From: the human T2T-CHM13v2.0 reference genome, Homo sapiens
DNA length: 64,000 bases
Strand: one strand, 5' to 3'
Assembly: GCF_009914755.1 (NCBI RefSeq)
Contig: NC_060927.1
Both the position numbers and the translations under genes were made by a program. Position 1 is the first letter of the stretch. Each line of letters opens with the position of its first letter. Under the pieces are notes generated by a model that worked only from the letters and a program-made list of their open reading frames with translations, had not been told where the DNA came from and made no database searches. Below are positions 57,165 through 64,000 of this stretch, one piece after another.

Positions 57165-57360
57165 ATGATATTCAAAACACTTTTATGGCACTTTTTAATT
57201 CAAACCTCATATAATTTCTTGAGGTTGGTAGAGCAGGTATTATTAAACCCATTTTGTAAATAAAGAAACAGACAAGAGAGTTCATTTTGCTTGCTCCAAT
57301 TAGCACAGCTTGTAGAGGGTGAGTCTGACATTAGAATCTGGCCTTTTAAAATTCTCAGTA
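57165..57360 (-). mobile_element. MIR SINE (reverse)
   Basis: 'aggtattattaaacccattttgtaaataaagaaacaga...cacagcttgta'. Confidence 0.75.
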
Positions 57361-59184
57361 CAATATCGTTTTAGTAAATGGGAGTCATTAAGATAGAACT
57401 TTGTAATAATGACCTGCTTTGTTTTTGTTGTTGTTGCTCTGTATTGTGAAATGAGATTGCTTATATTTCAAGTTCTGTTGGTTTTGTGTATGGAAGCATT
57501 TACTTTTTAAAAAATATATACTAACTTTAGATTGGGAACACTAATCAAATTCATAGCAATGCATACAAGATTACTCTGATTACTCCAAAATAGACTCCAT
57601 ATTTTCCAAATTTATTTTGTTTCTCAGCAAAATAAATTATGTAAAAATCAAATGTCTTTCAACATTTACTGAGAGCTACCTGGACTCACCAATCTTGGCT
57701 CAAAGTTTATTATAGTTAGAGGTTAAAGCTGGAGGCTTTGGCTGTGAGCTCTGTACTTAAAATTAGAATATAGTCTTCTAAAAAATGAAATTAGTCTTCT
57801 CAGAGGAAGGAAAATGATTCCATATTTCTAATCATGCTATTATTTCTTACACTGTAATGCCTTTTTACGTCAAACTTCTTGAATAGTAATCTTCATTTTT
57901 TTAATAGCTGGTGGGTATTTTAATCTGGAGTTCTATTTGAACGATTGTTCTGGGTGTTGGCAAGAGTTATAAATAATTGTATTTTATTCTTGACTGGCTT
58001 CTGGTTGAGAAATCAAATGGCACAAATGTTGAAAGACTAGCTTGCTGTAGACATAATGAAGCAAGCAAAATGAAATCTCCAAAGGATAAAACTGTAATGT
58101 TCTTTACGTTTTATCTGTTAGGTACAGGCAAATGCCACATCTGACTTTTTTGCCATGGGTGAAAAGGGACGAGGGTGAGGGGATGGGGTTTTATTAAAAA
58201 AAAGACCAAAAATAAAATTAAAAAACCCTCACAACTCCAAAATAAGTGGGAGTAGGTGGGAGCGAACTGAAATCTCAGGCACAGATATCATACTGTCCTT
58301 AAATTTTCTCTTTTGAGAATTTACATTTTATTTAAATATCCTTTCAGTGTTAATGAGTGTTGGGTGTGCATGTATTCTTGTTTTTAAAAGGGTAGTTTCT
58401 TATAGTTTAGTACAGTTTGCAGGGGTGAGATCTCAAACCTGGTTTTAATAACAGGACTTATAAAAACATTTACATTGAACTGCAGAGGGATGATTTGAAT
58501 AATCTAGGAAATTAACACTATATATGAATCTTTCTAGGTTTTTTTTAAATTATAACAATTTTATTTTTATTTTCATTCCCATAGCAACACACTAAAAGAC
58601 TCTATAGAAAGTCTTTGAAACTAGAAAATAATCGTTTTAAAAAAAATTTACTTCAAAGAGTTTAGCTCTTTCTATAGATAACTTTAAAAAATAAAATTCT
58701 CACTCATTATTAAAATGTTTATTGCAGAAATTCTGGAAAATTTAGAAAAATATAATGGAGTAAACAGAAAATAACCTGCAGTTCTATTACTAAAAGTTCA
58801 ACATTCATTTCTCTGTTATTATCTCTTTAGTTTTTTTTCTCTTTTTATATATAAATGTAGTTAAAAATATTTGAGACAGCCTTAAAATTCTGATTTTCCT
58901 TTTCTTCCTCTTAATATTATACAAAGTTTCTTTTTATATTAATAGTCAGTATTCCTCTACAATATGAAAAGTGTACGGAACCAAGGCCAAGCCATTAATA
59001 GGTTATACAAAACCATAGAAACTTGGAAAACAACTGTAGCCAAGAAGTATTCAATTTCAATTGGTCTATGGATCATTATATGTATAGGTGCTCAAAAATA
59101 TTTGCTCAACGAATGTTGAATTTCAATGTAAAATAATAAAATATGCTAATGAGAAAAAAGCATAATTTTTTCCTCTTTTTCCCC

Positions 59185-59642
59185 ATTTATTATTTTGGGT
59201 CCTCTGAGAAGCAGATATCAACATGGGAGAAGACTGAAAGAAATCTATTTGAGGGAACACTTGTAAGGGAAAAATGGGAGGAAGTTGCGAGAGGCTGGAA
59301 AAGCTGTGAGATTAGGATCTGACCTCTGTGAAGGGGAGAAGTAAGGAAAGAGGATTGGCTTGACTGAGCCTCGAACTGCAGTGTGGCTCTGAGAAAGTTT
59401 CAGCAAGAAGTCCCTGAGCCAAAGTCTCCTTCCAGAGAAGTCCCATGCCTTGCAGGAAGGACTTGCCAACTTGCCTTAGTGCTCCGTCCCATTAGTCATT
59501 GGCTGAGAGCAGCCTAAGGGAAGCATAGCCTCAGTATTAAGCCTCAATTAAGACAGTTGTGGGTTCACAACATTTGGAGGCTTCAGTCAATTATGCTGTC
59601 TGCAGCAGGAGATCTCAGTGGCACAGTTTTATGAACAACTAC
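59185..59642 (-). mobile_element. LTR16A-like ERVL solo LTR
   Basis: Reverse complement begins 'tgtagttgttcat...ccactgagatctcctgctgcag...aattgactga'. Confidence 0.7.
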
Positions 59643-59984
59643 ACCACAAATTTGCTTTTTACTGGTTTTTACCACAAAGGTTAAAACTGGCATCTATCCA
59701 TTCTCTCAACATGGACAATTTGCCATCGTAAGTGACTTTTCAGTCTTTTTGACTTTTTTTCTAACTAGATTTCAATTACTTTCCTTCTTGTCTCCCATCT
59801 ACAGTGTGTCAGGTTCTCAGCAGTTCTTATGCATACTGTTACAGCCACCCTCTAACTGGTCTCTCTGCCTCTAGTCACTACCTCAACAATTTACTACACA
59901 GTGCCAGAGAACTCTTTCTAAAACATGATTCATTCTCTTGCTTAACAACGTTTCATGGTTCTCAGTTACCTTCAGGAAAACCCA

Positions 59985-60170
59985 CACCAGGTGTGGTGGT
60001 GCGTGCCTGTAATCTCAGTTACTGGGGAGGCTGAGGAGGGAGGACTGTCTAAGCCCAAGAGTCAGAGGCTGAGCCAGGAGTACAGTCATGCCATTGCATT
60101 CTATCCTGGGCAACAGAGTGAGATCCTCTCTCTAATAAATAAATGAATAAATAATAAAAACAAAATAAAT
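59985..60170 (+). mobile_element. Alu monomer (FRAM-like) inside an L2 relic (about 59790-60300)
   Basis: 'ccaggtgtggtggtgcgtgcctgtaatc...cctgggcaacagagtgagatcc', AAAT tail, TSD-like aaaaccca. Confidence 0.85.
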
Positions 60171-60897
60171 AAAACCCAGATATCATTTCTCCTTTTAGGT
60201 CTTCAATGATGCTCTGGGTCAGCTCCCTTGCTTGTCTTCTCATGGCACTCCCTGCATGTCACTGTTACCTCCCATTATATCAGGCAGTCATCACTTGTTG
60301 GTGCATAATTCTTTTATGAACTTTGAGAGCCTTAAGGCTATTTATTCATTCTTCACTTCTACCTTGATTTCATTTCTCCAATGTGATTGAGAATAGACTG
60401 ATATCAAGCCATGTGAAGTTCATCTTTTATTTTATCTGTGTGGGTGTAGACATGTCATTTTCATTTTTGGCAGGAACCTTCCTGGTCACAGTGCTTGATG
60501 AGCTATGTAGAAATGCATACTATACAAAATTAAGATCTTCTATGTCTTTCTGAGTGTTGTCAGAACTACTCTTCTAATGTGATCTCATTTGCATTGGGGA
60601 AATTGAGGCAGTTTACCAGAATTACTTCTCTTATTCTCTTCTCACATTCTCTTATTCTATAATTTACATTGTTAGTGCCTCTAGAAAAAAATGGTGTCTT
60701 CTTCTTAGATGTGCAAATATTGATAAGCTATTTGTTTGTTGTTCTAGTTGCCTTTCAAGGTCCTGTCTTTCTAACTACAGAGGGTCAAAACTTGTCACTT
60801 CTGGTTCTTCTTACAGGCTCTTTAACAAGTAAATAATACAATGAAATCATATGCATAAGCACGCCCATTTAAGATAGACACACAAATATTTGGGGTG

Positions 60898-61226
60898 GGC
60901 CGGGTGCAGTGGCCCATGCCTGTAATCCCAGTACTTTGGGAGGCTGAGACAAGTGGATCACTTGAGGTCAGGAGTTTGAGACCAGCCTGGCCAACATGGT
61001 GAAACCCTGTCTACTAAAAGTACAAAAATTAGTCGGGTGTAGTGGAAAACGGCTGTAATCCTAGCTATTCAGGAGGCTGAGGCAGGAGAATCACTTGCAC
61101 TTGGGAGGCGGAGGTTTCAGTGAGCCAAGATTGCGCCACTGAACTGCAGTCTGGGTGACACAGGGAGACTGTGTCTCAGAAACAAACAAAAAAACCCTCA
61201 CAAAACAAAAACAAACAAACAAAATA
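60898..61226 (+). mobile_element. AluS
   Basis: Full dimer with CAAA-type tail; TSD-like aaatat..gggtg. Confidence 0.95.
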
Positions 61227-61234
61227 AATATGTT

Positions 61235-61236
<2 letters not shown>

Positions 61237-61270
<34 letters not shown>
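61237..61270. repeat. (TG)n microsatellite, about 17 units
   Basis: Read directly from the sequence. Confidence 0.95.
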
Positions 61271-61273
<3 letters not shown>

Positions 61274-61806
61274 GAGGTTGTTATTTTAGTAGTAGCACAA
61301 GTGTTCTTCTTTGGAAGATAAATTAGTTTGGAGGCCAAAAAACAGCAACAAAAAACTTTTATAAAACACTTGGAATTATATACTAGTCCTGAGGGCAAAG
61401 GCTAGAGGAGGACGTCCCTCTTTCTTTTTTCCTTACTTCCTTTTTTCCTTCCTCTCTACCTCCCTTTCTTCAAAAATATTTCTTAACCTCTTTCTCTGTG
61501 TCAGGCACTGTTAAAGTTAACAGGGATAATAATTAAATGTAAACTGCTCAGCCTAAGAAACAAGGAGTGGAAGGGGAGAGAAAAGAAAGAGAGGGGACAG
61601 GGCAACGCGACAGACAGCTGGAGCCTGCGGAGATGGGTGACCAGTGAGAAATCCTTGTGCAGAGCCAAGAGGATCTGTATTTTATTTTTATTTTTATACC
61701 AACCCCAGTTGAATGAACAAATGATTGGATGAGCTTTAGTTATCAGCAGCATTTGCATATAGCCCCAATCAAATTATTACATTACTTACCTAAAAACATT
61801 TTTAAG

Positions 61807-62099
61807 GGACGGGCGCAGTGGCTCAGTCCTGTAATCCTAGCACTTTGGGAGGCCGAAGTGGGCAGATCAACCTGAGGTCAGGAGCTCGAGACCAGCCTGG
61901 GCAACATGGCAAAACCCCATCTCTGCTAAAAATACAAAAATTAGCCAGGCGTAGTGGCATGCGCCTATAATCCCAGCTACTAAGGAGGCTTAGGCACGAG
62001 CATCTCTTGAACCCAGGAGGCAGAGGTTGCAGTGAGCCGAGATTGCGCCACTGCACCCCAGCTTGGGCAAAATAGGGAGATTCTTTCTCAAAAAAAAAA
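61807..62099 (+). mobile_element. AluS
   Basis: Full dimer with poly-A. Confidence 0.95.
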
Positions 62100-62233
62100 G
62101 TGTTTAAGAATGTAAGTATGATTTTGTAGTTATAGTGATCCTCTCCACATCTTAAATGATGGCATACATTTCAGCATTGGGTGTGTGCTAATCTGAACGC
62201 ATAAAGTAGATGGAGTGATTCCAGTATTTTAAA

Positions 62234-62460
62234 GTAGTGACTCTTAACACTGGCTGCACATTTTAATTACCTGGAAAAATTTTAGAAAATGCTGATGGCT
62301 GTGCCCCATTCCTAAGAATTTTGATATACTTGGTTTGGGGTGGGCAGACTGATTCAACTCTCATGAATGCCCACACAGTGATCATATGCTGTGGGTGGAC
62401 ACTGGGATTTTTAAAGCTTCCCTCAGATTATTGGAATGTGCAACCAGGTTGAGAATCATT
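62234..62460. mobile_element. MER5-family (hAT-Charlie) element
   Basis: 'ctcttaacactggctgcacat...acctgg...tttttaaagcttccc...aatgtgcaaccaggttgagaatca'. Confidence 0.75.
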
Positions 62461-62476
62461 TTTAAAGTTGATTTTC

Positions 62477-63345
62477 TATTGTAGTAAAATATACCTAACA
62501 TATTTACAATTTTAACCATTGTAAAAAGTATAGTTCATTGGCATTAAGTACACTCAATTCATATTGTTGTGTAATCATTACTGCTATCCATCTCCAGAAC
62601 ACTTTCACCTTCCCAAACTAAAACTCTGCACCTATTAAACAATAACATCCCATTCCCCCTTCCACCAAGCCCCTTTGTAACCACCACTCTACTTTCTGGC
62701 TCTATAAATTTGACTATTGTAGGAACCTTGCAGAAGTGGAATGATACAATATTTGTTCTTTTGTGTCTGGCTTGTTTCACTTAGGAAAATATCTTCAAGG
62801 TTCATCTATATGGTAGCATGTGTCAGCATTTCCTTTTATTTTTAAGGCTAAATAATATTGCACTGTATGTATGTTCCATATTTTATCTGGTCACCTATTG
62901 ACGAATATTTGCGTTGTTTTTACCTTTTGGCTATTGTGAATAATTCTGCTATGGACACTGGTGTACAAACACTTTTTAAAGTCCCTGATTTCAGTTACTT
63001 TGGGTTTATGCCCAGAGGTGAAATTGGTGCATCACATCGCTATTTTATGTGTAATTTTTGAGACACCACTGTACCCTTCTACAGAGGCTGCCCCATTTTA
63101 CATTCCCACCAACATTGCACAAGGGTTAAAATTTTTTTAACATCCTTGCCAATACTACTTAGTATTATCTATTTTTTATGGTAATCATTTCAATGGATGT
63201 CAGGTAGTATTTCATTATGGTTTTGATTTGTAATTTCGTTAGTGATCTGTGATGTTAAATATTGTTTCATGTGCTTACTGGCCAATAAAAATTTCTCCAG
63301 AATTTTGGAGATATTTCTATTGTAGTCATTTGTCCATTTTTAAAA
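62477..63345 (-). mobile_element. L1MB-type 3' end
   Basis: 'ccatctccagaacactttcaccttcccaaactaaaactct...ttacattcccaccaaca'; ORF 62559..62780 is a 3' UTR relic. Confidence 0.88.
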
Positions 63346-63661
63346 TTTTTTTGTTGTTGTTTTTGAATGAAAATTACTTTTAACAGTTCTTTAAATAAAT
63401 AATTTTCATTTTTTCTGACACCAAGGGTGGGGTGCTTTTCTGATAAAGTACAACATTTTCATGCTCCTTCATTATGGTACTTAACACAAGCTGGCTGGTA
63501 CTATGATTAATTGTCTTCACTTGAATAACTGGAGGGCAGGAAAAAGTCATCTTATGGGTTCATACCTGATAAATCTGAGGTCCTTGGGAAGACAGGCAGG
63601 GTGTCAGAGTCCAAGGGAAGAAATTAGAGGTGTATGGGTATTTCAGAAAAGCTCTCTGGTA

Positions 63662-64000
63662 TTTTAGGTATCTTTCTCTGTGTAATGAACTACCCAAACA
63701 GTGGTTTAAAACAACGACCATTTATTTTCTCATGATTCTTTGGGTTGGCACAGGGGTTCTTTTGCTGGTCTTCCCTGGCTAACTCAGGAAGTTGCAGTCA
63801 TCTAGCAGCTGGGCTGAGGAGGAAGGTTCAAGATAGCCCCACCTATGGCCACATGTTGGGTCCTTGATGGCTATGTCTGAAGGCTGGGAGCATTCTCAGT
63901 CCCAGAATGATGGTCATTCATCATTCAGTAGTCTAGCCCCAGATTCTCTACATGATCTCTGGCTTCCAAGGTGATACAAACAGAAGCTTTAAAACTCTTA
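63662..64000 (-). mobile_element. MLT1 (F-H-like) LTR, runs off the window
   Basis: 'tgtgtaatgaactacccaaacagtggtttaaaacaacgaccatttatt...tcaagatagcc'. Confidence 0.7.

Overview
This is AT-rich, CpG-depleted primate genomic DNA, most likely human or another catarrhine, and it looks intronic or intergenic. I recognise no host protein-coding exon, RNA gene or prokaryotic system. Nearly all long ORFs in the track come from transposons. The main feature is a nested 8.6-kb composite (about 11565-20238). An old minus-strand AluJ was split by a full-length THE1D (MaLR) provirus and by a full-length L1PA (about L1PA5) whose whole 5' 2.7 kb is inverted, as expected from twin priming. That inversion points the L1 antisense promoter/ORF0 unit into the rest of ORF2. 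The remainder is a mosaic of Alu, L1M, L2, MIR, MLT1, MER31, LTR16, Tigger3a, MER58, MER102 and MER5 relics plus microsatellites. Oddities include an Alu with a triplicated 46-bp 3' end, an Alu tail replaced by a CpG-rich G-quadruplex-type pentamer repeat, back-to-back TCTA/TAGA arrays, a perfect 15-bp-arm palindrome and weak candidate exons. Repeat families were called by eye from remembered consensus sequences, so subfamilies and boundaries of old elements are approximate.
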